Shown piece by piece: positions 30,324-41,669 of a stretch of 64,000 nt of DNA; within the stretch, counting starts at the first letter, position 1, and each line of letters begins with the position of its first letter. The stretch lies in the NCBI GenBank assembly GCA_963823665.1, contig CAWGMQ010000004.1:1184001-1248000 (forward strand), read 5' to 3'. The notes beneath the pieces are model-generated. The model ran no database searches, was not told the origin of the DNA, and saw nothing but the letters and a program-made list of their open reading frames with translations. Position numbers and translations under genes: made by a program. The stretch is from an uncultured Planctomycetota bacterium. Its GTDB lineage: Bacteria; Planctomycetota; Planctomycetia; Isosphaerales; Isosphaeraceae.

Positions 30324-32762
30324 ATGAGTCGATCGAACGCAGAGTCCAAAACATCACGCAACGAAAGTCCCATTTCACCTGAACAACTCGCCAGAATGGA
30401 CGCCTACTGGCGGGCCGCCAATTACCTCTCGGTCGGCCAGATCTACCTCTTCGACAACCCGCTCCTGAAAGTGCCGCTCAAGCGCGAGCACATCAAGCCG
30501 CGCCTGCTCGGCCACTGGGGCACCACGCCTGGTCTCAATTTCATCTACGTCCACCTGAACCGAATCATCAAGGAACACGACCTGGACATGATCTACGTGA
30601 CCGGTCCGGGCCACGGAGGCCCGGGACTGGTCGCCAACGTCTACCTGGAGGGAACCTACACCGAGGTTTACCCGAATATCAGCCAGGACGAGGAGGGAAT
30701 GAAGCGGCTCTTCACCCAGTTCAGCTTTCCCGGTGGAATCCCCAGCCACGTCGCTCCTGAGACGCCCGGCTCGATCCACGAGGGAGGCGAGCTGGGATAC
30801 GCCCTTTCGCACGCCTTTGGCGCGGCCTTCGACAACCCCGAGCTGATCGTTGCCTGCGTCGTCGGCGACGGCGAGGCCGAAACCGGGCCGCTTGCGACAA
30901 GCTGGCACTCCAACAAGTTCCTGAACCCCGCCCGCGACGGCGCCGTCCTGCCGATCCTTCATTTGAACGGATACAAGATCGCCAATCCCTGCTTCCTGGC
31001 GCGGATACCCCAGGACGAGCTCCGCAAGCTCCTCGAAGGCTACGGCTACAAGCCGTATTTCGTCTCAGGCCATGAGCCCGCCCTCGTGCACAAGGAGATG
31101 GCCGCCACCCTCGACTCGGTCATCGCCGACATCATGCAAATTCAAGCCGACGCGCGAGCGAGCGGATTCAAGGACCGGCCCGCGTGGCCCATGATCGTGC
31201 TCCGCACCCCCAAGGGCTGGACCTGCCCGGCCGAGATCGACGGCAAGAAATGTGAAGATTACTGGCGCAGCCACCAGGTTCCGATGAGCGATATGTCCAA
31301 GGAAGAGCACATCCGAATCCTTGAACAGTGGATGAAGAGCTACCGCCCGGAAGAGCTTTTCGATCAGAACGGCCGGCTGATTTCGGAGCTGGCTGGCCTG
31401 GCTCCGAAAGGCCATCGCCGCATGGGTGCCAACCCCCATGCAAACGGCGGGCTGCTGCTCAAAGACCTGAAACTGCCCGATTTCCGCACGTATGCGGTCG
31501 ACGTGAAGAGCCCCGGCGTTTCCTTCGCTGAGGCGACACGCGAGCAGGGGAAGTTTCTCCGCGACGTCATGAAACGGAACCTGGAGAGCAAGAACTTTCG
31601 TCTGTTCAGCCCGGACGAGAACAATTCGAATCGATGGCAGGACGTGCTCGAGGTGACCAATCGCTGCTACACAGCCGAGATCTACCCCGAAGACGATCAC
31701 CTCTCGCCCGATGGCCGCGTGATGGAAGTCTTGAGCGAGCACCAGTGCCAGGGATGGCTGGAAGGCTACCTCTTGACCGGCCGCCACGGATTCTTCTCGT
31801 GCTACGAGGCCTTCATCCACATCATCGACTCGATGTTCAACCAGCACGCCAAGTGGCTCAAGGTGTGCAACCACATCCCGTGGAGGCGCTCGATCGCCTC
31901 GCTCAACTACCTGCTCTCGAGCCACGTCTGGCGCCAGGACCACAACGGCTTCAGCCACCAGGATCCCGGCTTCATCGATCACGTGGTCAACAAGAAGGCC
32001 GAGGTGATTCGCGTCTATCTGCCGCCGGACGCGAACTGCCTCCTCTCCGTCACCGACCACTGCCTCCGCAGCCGCGACTACGTCAACGTGATCGTCGCCG
32101 GCAAGCAGCCTTCGCTTCAGTGGCTCACCATGGACCAGGCCGTCAAGCACTGCACGGCCGGGCTCTCGATCTGGGACTGGGCCAGCAATGACCAGGCCAG
32201 CGAGCCCGACGTCGTCATGGCCTGCTGCGGCGACGTGCCGACGCTCGAGACCCTGGCCGCCGTCCACCTTCTGCGCAGCCACGTGCCCGATCTGAAAGTG
32301 CGTGTCGTCAACGTCGTCGACCTGATGAAGCTCCAGCCTGCCGAGGAGCACCCTCACGGCCTGACGCACAAGGAGTTCGACACGATCTTCACCAAAGAGA
32401 AGCCGATTATCTTCGCGTTCCACGGCTACCCATGGCTCATTCACCGCCTGACCTATCGCCGCACGAATCATCCGAACCTGCATGTCCGCGGCTACAAGGA
32501 GGAGGGAACCACCACAACTCCGTTCGACATGGCGGTGCTCAATCAACTCGACAGGTTCAATCTGGTCAACGACGTGATCGAGCGCGTGCCCAAGCTGGGC
32601 GAACGCGCAGCCTATTTCCAGCAAGCGATGCGCGAGAAGCTGATCGAGCACAGGCACTACGTCGCAAAGCACGGCGACGATCTACCCGAAGTGCGCGATT
32701 GGAAATGGGGCAGCGGAGCGACGGCTCACGGCAGAGCGGATACCGCCGCGGATAACGTTTGA
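30324..32762 (+). CDS. xfp: Xylulose-5-P/fructose-6-P phosphoketolase
   Basis: [60 protein letters not shown]. Confidence 0.97.
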   Translation: MSRSNAESKTSRNESPISPEQLARMDAYWRAANYLSVGQIYLFDNPLLKVPLKREHIKPRLLGHWGTTPGLNFIYVHLNRIIKEHDLDMIYVTGPGHGGPGLVANVYLEGTYTEVYPNISQDEEGMKRLFTQFSFPGGIPSHVAPETPGSIHEGGELGYALSHAFGAAFDNPELIVACVVGDGEAETGPLATSWHSNKFLNPARDGAVLPILHLNGYKIANPCFLARIPQDELRKLLEGYGYKPYFVSGHEPALVHKEMAATLDSVIADIMQIQADARASGFKDRPAWPMIVLRTPKGWTCPAEIDGKKCEDYWRSHQVPMSDMSKEEHIRILEQWMKSYRPEELFDQNGRLISELAGLAPKGHRRMGANPHANGGLLLKDLKLPDFRTYAVDVKSPGVSFAEATREQGKFLRDVMKRNLESKNFRLFSPDENNSNRWQDVLEVTNRCYTAEIYPEDDHLSPDGRVMEVLSEHQCQGWLEGYLLTGRHGFFSCYEAFIHIIDSMFNQHAKWLKVCNHIPWRRSIASLNYLLSSHVWRQDHNGFSHQDPGFIDHVVNKKAEVIRVYLPPDANCLLSVTDHCLRSRDYVNVIVAGKQPSLQWLTMDQAVKHCTAGLSIWDWASNDQASEPDVVMACCGDVPTLETLAAVHLLRSHVPDLKVRVVNVVDLMKLQPAEEHPHGLTHKEFDTIFTKEKPIIFAFHGYPWLIHRLTYRRTNHPNLHVRGYKEEGTTTTPFDMAVLNQLDRFNLVNDVIERVPKLGERAAYFQQAMREKLIEHRHYVAKHGDDLPEVRDWKWGSGATAHGRADTAADNV

Positions 32763-32879
32763 GCTGGTTCAGGACCTACACCCGTCTGGCACTTCCATCG
32801 CGCTTCGAGTACGGTTGCAAGATCAGCCGGCCGAATGCGCCCGCGAAGCGATTCGCCTCTTTTCTCAGGGATAACAGAT

Positions 32880-34388
32880 ATGAGAACTCTCATCATGGTT
32901 GCACTGGTCGCTAGCAGTGGATCGTTCTCCGTCGCTCTCGCCGCCGGCGAATCGCCGTCTCTGCCGCGCAGTCAACCGGAGGCGCACGGTATATCGTCCG
33001 CCGCGATTCTCACCTTCGTCGACGAGGCCGAGAAAAAAATCGATGCGCTGCATAGCTTCATGCTCGTTCGCCACGGTCACGTCGTGGCCGAAGGGTGGTG
33101 GTCGCCGTACCAGGCAGAATCTCGCCACGAACTTTACTCGCTCAGCAAGAGCTTCACCTCCACGGCCGTGGGCCTGGCCATCGCAGAGGGAAAGCTGAGT
33201 ATCGATGACGAGGTGCTCAAGTTCTTCCCAGACGATGCTCCCAAACAGCCAAGCGCGAACCTGAAAGCGATGCGCGTGAGCGACCTCTTGCGCATGTCCA
33301 CCGGCCACCAGGCCGAGCCGCGGCGCGAGCCCGGCGCGGTCTGGACCAAACGGTTCCTGGAGCAGCCGGTCCCTTTCAAGCCGGGCACTCACTTCCTCTA
33401 CAACACATCTGCGACTTACATGCTCTCGGCCATCGTTCAAAAAGTCACGGGGATGACCGTGCTCGACTACCTGAAGCCAAGACTCTTCGAGCCGCTGGGC
33501 ATCGAAAACCCGACCTGGGGAACCAGTCCGCAAGGAATCAGCCTGGGCGGATACGGATTGAGCATCCGCACCGAAGACATCGCGCGTTTCGGCCAGCTCT
33601 ATCTCCAGAAGGGGAAGTGGCAAGGAAAGCAGCTCGTTCCGGCCACGTGGGTCGAGGCAGCCACCGCGCGCCAGACTTCAAACGGCAGCAACCCCAAGAG
33701 TGATTGGGACCAAGGTTATGGCTACCAGTTCTGGCGCTCCCGCAACGGTGCCTTCCGCGGTGACGGCGCCTTCGGCCAGTATTGCATCGTCTTGCCCGAT
33801 CAAGACGCAGTGATCGCCATCACCAGCGGCGTGAAAGACATGCAGGCCGTGCTCAATCTGGTGTGGGATCAACTCCTCCCTGCAATGAAACCCACACCGC
33901 TCGCGAACGATCAAGAAACCCAGATGAAGCTCGCGCAGAAGCTGTCGGCTCTGTCGCTACCGCCGCAAGCAGGAAATGGCACGCCCGAAAGAGCATCGAC
34001 CGCAGCCCCCAAGACCTACGTGTTTCCCGCCAACGACCGCAAGCTCGAATCAATCACGCTTCGTTGCGACAACCCGGACGGAGCTGCCAATCTTGAGGTC
34101 CAATCCGGCGGCATCGAACACAAGATTACGTGCACCCCGGGCAAATGGCACAAAGGTCGCTTCGCCTACGGCACGTTCCCGGAGGAGCCCGCAGCGGCAA
34201 GTGGTGCCTGGACCGCCAACGATACGTTCACGGCCAAGATCTGTTTCTACGAAACCCCGATCTGCATTACGATGACCTTGAAGTTCTCCGGCACGGAACT
34301 GCTCCTCGATACCACGTCCAACGTCGGTTTCGGGCCGACGAAGCAACCGCAGCTCGTCGGGAAGGAAAAGCCAACGAAAGTCGACTGA
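32880..34388 (+). CDS. Exported serine hydrolase (beta-lactamase class C-like)
   Basis: Signal peptide; SLSK, FLYN, YGYQFW, GDGAFGQ. Confidence 0.9.
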   Translation: MRTLIMVALVASSGSFSVALAAGESPSLPRSQPEAHGISSAAILTFVDEAEKKIDALHSFMLVRHGHVVAEGWWSPYQAESRHELYSLSKSFTSTAVGLAIAEGKLSIDDEVLKFFPDDAPKQPSANLKAMRVSDLLRMSTGHQAEPRREPGAVWTKRFLEQPVPFKPGTHFLYNTSATYMLSAIVQKVTGMTVLDYLKPRLFEPLGIENPTWGTSPQGISLGGYGLSIRTEDIARFGQLYLQKGKWQGKQLVPATWVEAATARQTSNGSNPKSDWDQGYGYQFWRSRNGAFRGDGAFGQYCIVLPDQDAVIAITSGVKDMQAVLNLVWDQLLPAMKPTPLANDQETQMKLAQKLSALSLPPQAGNGTPERASTAAPKTYVFPANDRKLESITLRCDNPDGAANLEVQSGGIEHKITCTPGKWHKGRFAYGTFPEEPAAASGAWTANDTFTAKICFYETPICITMTLKFSGTELLLDTTSNVGFGPTKQPQLVGKEKPTKVD

Positions 34389-34428
34389 AATGGCTTTATC
34401 CCCCAAAACCGCGCTGCAAAAAACCAAT

Positions 34429-34495
34429 GCCCCGAAGGGGCGCAACAACAAAGCCCAGGGCATCGCCCTGGGTTTCCAACGCATCGCCCTGGGTT
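34429..34495. repeat. REP-like element
   Basis: GCCCCGAAGGGGC hairpin, AGCCCAGGGCATCGCCCTGGGTT hairpin, and a duplicated CATCGCCCTGGGTT. Confidence 0.65.
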
Positions 34496-34506
34496 CCCTC
34501 AACAAC

Positions 34507-36202
34507 ATGCTTCGTGCATTCGTCGCTGCGTTTGTGGGAATCTCGCTTGCCACGACCGTCGGCTGTAAAAACGATGCAGCCCGGCCGACTCCAAAGCCGC
34601 AAGCCCACCCTGACCCACTCGTCTTCCGCGCACAGGACCTTCCGTTTCAGTACGACCGTGGCGAAACCGGATCGGCGTGGCCGGTCGAGACGACCGGCGG
34701 AGGTGTGGGCCTTCTCGATTTCGACGGCGACAGCCGGCTCGATATCTTCCTGGCACAAGGAGGCCCGCTCAAAGGGCCCGTCGATCCCCGAAAGTCAAGC
34801 GATGTGCTGCTCCGTAACTCCGGCGACGGAGATTCGAAGACATCTCCGAGCGCGTCGGGCTATCCGCGAAGGGATACGGTCAAGGAGTGACGGTGGCCGA
34901 CTACGATGGTGATGGCGATCCCGACGTCTACGTGACGCGCTATGGCCGAAACACGCTCTGGCGAAACGACCGTAAAGAAGGCCGATTCACCGATGTGACG
35001 GAAGAGGCCGGCGTCGGCTGCGGTAGCTGGAGCTTCGGCGGCCGCATTCGGCGATTACGATTTCGACGGCGATCTTGATCTCTTTGTGGCCAATTATTTC
35101 GCGTTCGACGAGTCAAAGGCGCCGTTCCGGCGCGACCCGGTCACCGGCGCCGCAGACTACGGCCTGCCCCAGGATTTCGCCGGCTTGCCCGACGTTCTGT
35201 TCCGGAACGAAGGCAACGGCCGGTTCAAAGACGTCACGAAATCGGCGGGTGTGGCAGGCCTGGGACGCGGCATGGGAATCCTGGCGAGTGATGTCGATGG
35301 CGACGGCCGGCTCGATTGGCTCGTCGCCAACGATGCCGAAAGCAACTCACTCTGGCGAAACCGCGGCGACGGAACTTTTGAGGACGTGGCTGACCCGATC
35401 GGCCTGGCGGTGAACGGCCAGGGGCTCTCCGAGGCCAACATGGGCATCGCCTTCGGAGATACCAACGGCGACACACTTCCAGATGTCTTGATAAGTCACT
35501 TGTACAATGAGCACACAACACTCTGGCGCGCGCACCGGCCGCCCGGAAGATGGCCTCCTCTTCCAGGACCAGACAAGCGAGGCCGGTCTGGCCGTCGATT
35601 CCCGGCCGCTCACCGGCTGGGGAATCGTGCTGGCCGACCTGGATCTCGACGGTGATCTCGACGTCCTCACCACGAACGGCCATATCCGCCACGAGCCATC
35701 GCAGCTCTACCGCTACGAGAACCCGCCGATGCTCTGGCGAAATCTCGGCAACGGGCGCTTTGCCAATGTCACCGCGGATGCCGGCCCGTACTTCACAGCA
35801 CTTCACATGGGCCGCGGCCTGGCCGCCGGCGATCTGGACTCCGACGGCGATCTCGATTTCGTCGTCGTCCACCATCACAAGCCCAGCGCCGTGCTCTGGA
35901 ATGAGTCGCCACGCCAGGGCAATTACGTGATCATGAAACTGCGAGGTGCCGGCGCAAATCGCGACGCCATCGGCGCCCGGCTCGTCGCCCACGCCGGCCC
36001 GCGAACATTCGTTCGCACCGTCGACGGCGGCGGAAGCTATATCTCCGCGAGTGACAAGAGCGTCCATTTCGGCCTCGGCGACGCCAAGCTGATCGATCGC
36101 CTGGAAATCCGCTGGCCCTCCGGCAAAGTCGACGTGAAAACCGACGTGCCGGTAAACCAAACCATCGAATGCGCCGAAAGCAAGCGATCCGCAGAGCGTT
36201 GA
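34507..36202 (+). CDS. CRTAC1/FG-GAP + ASPIC-UnbV lipoprotein (frameshifts near 34835, 35035, 35540)
   Basis: Lipobox-like TVGC; repeated D(F/Y/L)DGDGxxD; NRDAIGAR, VHFGLG, IRWPSG, spread over four ORFs. Confidence 0.85.
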
Positions 36203-36228
36203 TCGCCCGCAGCGTACGCTGCGCAAAG

Positions 36229-36262
36229 CTTCCCCCCTTTAGAAGGGGGGGCCAGGGGGGGT
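36229..36262. repeat. GC palindrome between convergent genes (REP-like or terminator)
   Basis: CCCCCCTTTAGAAGGGGGGGCCAGGGGGGG. Confidence 0.55.
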
Positions 36263-36289
36263 GCATTGCGGTCGCCGCAGCACCGTTCA

Positions 36290-37049
36290 TCAACCCCTGC
36301 CAACGTACGGCATCTTGGTCGCCATCACCGTCATGAACAGCACGTTGGCATCCAGCGGCAGGCTCGCCATGTAGACGACAGCCCGCGCCACGTGCTCGAC
36401 ATCGAACGTGGGCTCGACGACGATCGCACCGTTAGGCTGCAAAATCCCGTCCTTCATCCGGGCGGTCATCTCCGTGCCGGCATTGCCGATGTCGATCTGC
36501 CCGCAGGCGATGTCGTACTTGCGCCGTCCAGGCGCTGTCGACTTGGTCAGCCCCGAGATGGCGTGCTTGGTCGCGGTGTAAGGCGCTGAGTTCGGGCGCG
36601 GTGTGTAGGCCGAGATCGATCCATTATTGATGATGCGGCCGCCCCGAGGATCTTGCGCCTTCATCACGCGAAATGCCTCGCGCGTGCAGAGGAACGCACC
36701 GGTCAAATTAACGTCGACAACGCGTCGCCACGCATCGAATTCCAGATCTTCGAGCGGCACCGGCGGAGCGCCTGTCCCGGCATTGTTGAACAAGATGTCC
36801 ACGCGCCCGAAGGCCGCCGTGGCCGCGCCGAAGAGCGCCGCGACCGACTTCGGGTCCGTGACGTCGGTGGGAACGGCCAGCGCCGGCGAGCCGTCGCCTC
36901 CTGCTCGAACCACAGTCTCCGCGAGGGCCTCACTCCGGCGGCCGGCAAGCGACAACCGCAAACCCTTCTCTTAGCAGTGCCAGGGCCGCCGCCCGGCCGA
37001 TGCCCGAGCCCGCGCCGGTGACGATCGCGGTCCTTCGTGGCGAGTTCAT
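36290..37049 (-). CDS. SDR oxidoreductase (frameshift near 36955)
   Basis: [24 protein letters not shown]. Confidence 0.9.
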
Positions 37050-37086
37050 GCTGAAATGGCCCCCGCGGTCAAACCGGCACGGTTGG

Positions 37087-37626
37087 TTACTTCGAGCTTC
37101 GGGCACTCTTGCGGGCCGGAGCCGTTGTTGATTTTGCGGTCTGCGCCGCCTTCCGCGCCGGTGCCTGCTCCTTGGCCGCCTTGAGCCCGGCCTCGCAGTG
37201 CGCAATGTATTTCTTCGCCGGCACTCTCTTGATCAACTCGCCTATCACGTCGAGCGCGAGGTCCTCGACCTTCTTGAAACGCACGCACGACTTGCCCATG
37301 TCGAGCTTCTTCCCGGTCTTGGCCCACGCCTCCTGAAACCATTTCGCGAGGTCTGTACCGCCGTAGACGCACATGAGATAAAGTGACATATGGTTCTTTT
37401 GCGAGGCCAGCGCCGCAAACGGCAACGGCTGCTTGGGGTCGCAATGGTATCCCGCCGGGTAGACACGATGCGGCACGAAATAGCCGATCATGCCATACTG
37501 GATTCCTTCCTCGTAATCCTTGTCGAGGTTCTTGAGAACGACCCGCCGAACCGCTTCGATGGCCTTGCGTCGATCCTCCGGTAATTCGGCGAGGTACTGT
37601 TCGACTGTCGTCGCTTTGCTTTGCAT
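37087..37626 (-). CDS. DUF1801 domain protein
   Basis: MQSKATTVEQYL, YPAGYHC, ASQKNHMSLY, LDMGKSCVRF. Confidence 0.85.
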   Translation of the reverse strand: MQSKATTVEQYLAELPEDRRKAIEAVRRVVLKNLDKDYEEGIQYGMIGYFVPHRVYPAGYHCDPKQPLPFAALASQKNHMSLYLMCVYGGTDLAKWFQEAWAKTGKKLDMGKSCVRFKKVEDLALDVIGELIKRVPAKKYIAHCEAGLKAAKEQAPARKAAQTAKSTTAPARKSARSSK

Positions 37627-37769
37627 GGAAGGACTGTCTTGTCGAAGAGTGTTGATCCACGGTGATGCTTCGGCCCGAACAGCCCGCAGCCGATGCACAA
37701 TCTTTGGTATTCTACAAGCTCGTACCACCAGTTGCAGCAAGGCTCTCCAGCCCAGGATAGGCCCGACTC

Positions 37770-38897
37770 ATGAACCAGGTGAGTATGTTGGATTCCGTGC
37801 CGGCGGCTACGGCCGGCCTGTTCCTATTGCTACTCCTTGCAATGCCAGCACAGAACCACGCAGAAGAACCGAGGCCGGCATTGACCAAGGAACGGGCGTC
37901 CGCGTTCGCGCGGCTCGCGCTCAAGGGACTGAACAAGGAATACCCCAACAAACCCGAGCACGTCATGGCCGGCCCGTCCGATGTGGCCGCGCCGAAGGTA
38001 CTCCACCCCGCGTTCTTCGGCTGCTACGACTGGCACTCGTCCGTACACGGCCACTGGATGCTGGTGCGCCTGCTGCGGCTCTTCCCGGACTTACCCGAAG
38101 GAATCGAGACCCGCGCCATCCTGGCCGCACATTTCACCGCAGCGAATCTGAAAGCCGAGGCCGATTACTTCGGCCGAAAGGAGAGCAAGTCGTTCGAGAG
38201 GCCCTACGGCTGGGCCTGGCTGCTCAAGCTCGCGGAAGAGCTCCACGGCTGGGACGACCCCGATGCCTTGGTCTGGTCCAAGAACTTCCAGCCGCTCGCC
38301 GACATGATCGTCGCGCGATATCTCGATTATTTCCCCAAGCAGACGTACCCGATCCGAACGGGCGTGCATCCCAACACAGCCTTCGGCCTTGCGTTCGCAT
38401 ACGACTACGCCCGCGCCCTGGACGACAAGCGTCTTCTGGCGCTGGTGCAGGAGCGGGCGCGCACCTACTTCGGCGCCGATTCAGGCATCCCAGCGGCCTG
38501 GGAGCCCGGCGGTGCAGATTTCTTCTCGCCGAGTCTGATCGAGGCCGACCTGATGCGGCGCGTCCTCTCGCCGCCTGATTTCCGCGCCTGGTTCGACAGG
38601 TTCCTGCCCTCGGCCTCCCGGGGTGAGCCGGTTGCCCTTTTCGCACCCGTGACGGTCACGGATCGAACCGACCCGCAGCTCGTTCACCTGGACGGACTGA
38701 ACTTGAGCCGCGCGTGGTGCATGATGAGTATCGCCGGCGCTCTTCCCCGCGGCGACGCAGCCCGCGCCGCTCTCACGGCTTCGGCTGCCCGTCACGCCGA
38801 GTCTGCCCTCGAGCACGTGGCCAGCGGCGACTATGCGGGCGAGCACTGGCTGGCCTCGTTCGCGGTGTATCTTCTCTCGGCGCCGGCTGTCGACTGA
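37770..38897 (+). CDS. DUF2891 family exported protein
   Basis: EYPNK, FFGCYDWHSSVHGHW, FERPYGWAW, HLDGLNLSRAW, GEHWLASF. Confidence 0.88.
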   Translation: MNQVSMLDSVPAATAGLFLLLLLAMPAQNHAEEPRPALTKERASAFARLALKGLNKEYPNKPEHVMAGPSDVAAPKVLHPAFFGCYDWHSSVHGHWMLVRLLRLFPDLPEGIETRAILAAHFTAANLKAEADYFGRKESKSFERPYGWAWLLKLAEELHGWDDPDALVWSKNFQPLADMIVARYLDYFPKQTYPIRTGVHPNTAFGLAFAYDYARALDDKRLLALVQERARTYFGADSGIPAAWEPGGADFFSPSLIEADLMRRVLSPPDFRAWFDRFLPSASRGEPVALFAPVTVTDRTDPQLVHLDGLNLSRAWCMMSIAGALPRGDAARAALTASAARHAESALEHVASGDYAGEHWLASFAVYLLSAPAVD

Positions 38898-39080
38898 CCA
38901 AGCCATCGCGGCGCCGCAAATAGTCGCACTCGGCGGTGGCCGCAGAGCGCCCGGGCTGATATAATCTTCCAAAGCTCCGGATCGGCTCATGGGAACGCCG
39001 CGTGCGAATGATCGGCGGCGATTCCGTTTAGCATGAGCCTGCCGGCATGTCGCGATCAGCGTGTCAGTTAACAATCGAGG

Positions 39081-39650
39081 ATGAGAATCATGAGACGACT
39101 GATGTTCGTTGGCGTCGGGGTTATCGTTTCGTGCCTTGCGCTCTCGGTCAAAGCGCAGGATTCAAAGTCCGACGATCAGTCGGCCTACAAACTGCTGGCG
39201 AAGGAAGAAGGCGTTTGGGATGCCGACATCAAGGTGATGATACCCGGCGCGGATGGAAAGGTAGAGACCTCGACTTCCAAGGGAGTCGAGACCAATCGGA
39301 TGCTCGGGGGTAAATGGCTGATCAGCGATTTCAAGGGCGAAATGGGCGGGTCGACATTCGAAGGCCACGGCACCAACGGATACGATGCCAAGAAGAACAA
39401 GTACATCGGAACCTGGGTCGATACGATGTCCGTACGCATCGACACCATGGAAGGCACGTACGACGACAAGACCAAAACGCTGACCTTGAACTCCGATAGC
39501 GAGACACCCGACGGCAAGCCCATGAAGATGCGGCTAGAGACCCAATTCAACGACGATGGAACGAGAACCTTCAGCCTTTACATGCAGGCCGAGGGCCAGA
39601 AGGAATTCGCCAAATCGATGGAGATCAAGTACACGAAGCGGAAGAGCTGA
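39081..39650 (+). CDS. DUF1579 family exported protein
   Basis: Signal peptide; EEGVWDA, FEGHG..GYD..K.KY.GTWVD, MEIKYTKRK. Confidence 0.82.
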   Translation: MRIMRRLMFVGVGVIVSCLALSVKAQDSKSDDQSAYKLLAKEEGVWDADIKVMIPGADGKVETSTSKGVETNRMLGGKWLISDFKGEMGGSTFEGHGTNGYDAKKNKYIGTWVDTMSVRIDTMEGTYDDKTKTLTLNSDSETPDGKPMKMRLETQFNDDGTRTFSLYMQAEGQKEFAKSMEIKYTKRKS

Positions 39651-39688
39651 ATTCCGCGCCGCAAACGCCCATTGTGCCCGTGAAGCTA

Positions 39689-39716
39689 TTGACATTCGAA
39701 AGCCCGATCGTAAGCT
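39689..39716 (+). promoter_or_regulatory. Candidate sigma70 promoter
   Basis: TTGACA-16 bp-TAAGCT upstream of 39864. Confidence 0.45.
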
Positions 39717-39863
39717 GAGAAGTGTAATCCTGCTCATGGCGGGCGGGCTGAATGTCGGGCGGCTATGGTGGCCTCGCAGTGCGAAATATCGCACCGCGAG
39801 GCTTTCGTGTTTTCTGGGCCGATCAAATCTCGATCAACCTCGACCCCGAGGGAAGGAAGTGCG

Positions 39864-40271
39864 ATGAAGAAGTCACTCGCTACGCTCGCAGCGCTCATCC
39901 TGATCACCGCGCCCCTGGCTATACAGCCCACTCGCGGAGATGATCAGCAAGACAAGGAAAAGGAGAAACCCGCCAGCATCTGGATGAAAATGAAGCTCTC
40001 GGCAACGCAGAACATCCTGGCCGGGTTGACAAAGGGTGACTTCGACGAAATCGAAAAGAACGCTCAATCAATGCTGTTCGTGGACCATCTTGAAAAGTGG
40101 CTGCGCGCCGATACGCCCGGTTACAACATGAAGCTGAAAAACTTCGAGTACGCGAACAAATCCTTGAAGCTGGCGGCTCATGAGAAGAACATCGACGGTG
40201 CAGCCATCGCCTACGTCCAACTGACCCTGAGCTGTGTGGAGTGCCACAAGCTCATTCGCGACGTGAAGTAG
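39864..40271 (+). CDS. Exported four-helix c-type cytochrome-like protein
   Basis: Signal peptide; C-terminal CVECH heme-attachment motif. Confidence 0.8.
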   Translation: MKKSLATLAALILITAPLAIQPTRGDDQQDKEKEKPASIWMKMKLSATQNILAGLTKGDFDEIEKNAQSMLFVDHLEKWLRADTPGYNMKLKNFEYANKSLKLAAHEKNIDGAAIAYVQLTLSCVECHKLIRDVK

Positions 40272-41669
40272 CGTCCGGGCGCAAGTCGTACTCGCGGATC
40301 TTGTCGAAGAGCTGCCGGCGGCTGATTCCCAGCCGTTCGGCGGTTTTCGTGCGATTGCCGTTGCAGGCAGCCAGAGCGCGGGCGATCTCTCGACGCTCGA
40401 CTTCGGCGAGGAGTGCCCGGAGTGGAACGGGCTCTGCGTCGTCTACGACCGCGGCGGCATTCGCGTCGAGTAGATCCTCCGAGTCGAGGTGATCGGGAAG
40501 AATGGCTCTCCCCCGCGCGAGATCGCAGCCCTCGCCAGTGCATTCTCGAGCTGGCGGACATTTCCCGGCCATGATCGCTCCTTGATCGCAGCGAGCGCCT
40601 CGGGCGAGAGAGACAGCTCACCCCAGCCATGCCGTTGCTCTACACGCCGCAGGATGTTCTCCGCAAGAAGCGGTATGTCTTCGGCACGATCGCGTAGAGG
40701 AGGGATGACGATCCGACCAACATTCAAACGGTAGAAAAGGTCTTCCCGGAATCGGCCGGCGGCGACCTCTTTTGCCAGATCGCGGTGCGTCGCCGAGATC
40801 ACTCGAGCGTCGGCACGCAGCGTCTCCGTGCCGCCCACCCGCTCAAATTCGCACTGCTGAATCACACGCAAGATCTTCGACTGCGCCGATTGTGGCAGCT
40901 CAGCCACTTCGTCGAGGAAGATCGTGCCGCCGGAGGCACGTTCAAAGCGTCCCGGCTTCTGGCGGTCGGCGCCGGTGAACGCACCCCGCTCGTGGCCGAA
41001 CAACTCGCTTTCGACAAGACCTTCCGGAAGCGCGCCACAATTGACCCTGATGAAAGGTCCGCTAACGCGATTGGAGTGGCGATGGAGCGCGGCCGCGACT
41101 AGCTCCTTCCCGGTCCCGCTCTCGCCAACGATCAACACCGGAGCATCGGTGGCCGCGGTGAGGCCGATCAGCTTGAAAACCTCTCGCATCGCCGCACTTC
41201 CGCCGATGAGCTCCGGCTCGGACTCGCCGTCTTCATCGGGCACATCCTCGGGAGTTCGATCGGACCGCGCTCGCAGCGCCTTGACCTCGGACGCCAGTGC
41301 TCGCTGTCTGAGAGCTCGTTTCAGTGTGAGCAAGAGCTCGTCGAGATCAAATGGCTTGGTCAAGTAGTCGTACGCGCCGCGCCGCATCGCCTCGATCGCA
41401 GCGGCCGAGCCCCCGAAAGCGGTGACGACGATCACCGGCAGGTCCCCGAGCGCCGGCCCCAGCTCGTGCAGGACCTCGAGGCCGTCACGCCCAGGCATCT
41501 TGAGATCCAGCAGCACCGCGTCAGGTCCGTTCGAGCGGATGGACTTCAGCGTCCCGTCGCCGTCTGATGCTTCGAGCGCTCGATAGCCTTCGGACTCCAG
41601 GAGCTTGACGAGATTTCGGCGAATCGTGCGGTCGTCGTCGGCTACCAGGATCTTCGCAGTTGCGTCCAT
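40252..41669 (-). CDS. Sigma54-dependent NtrC-family response regulator (frameshift near 40515)
   Basis: REC domain, GESGTGKE, GAFTGA, WPGNVRQLEN; Fis HTH (GNRTKTAERLGISRRQL) in a second frame. Confidence 0.92.

Noticed and set aside
31065..32672. 535-aa antisense ORF, and similar ones at 647, 21618, 41660, 49699, 51684 and 56399
   Set aside because: Shadow frames of well-supported GC-rich genes on the opposite strand.
32787..32801. Sigma54 promoter TGGCAC-N5-TCGC before the serine hydrolase
   Set aside because: Weak -12 element and no nearby activator or enhancer evidence.
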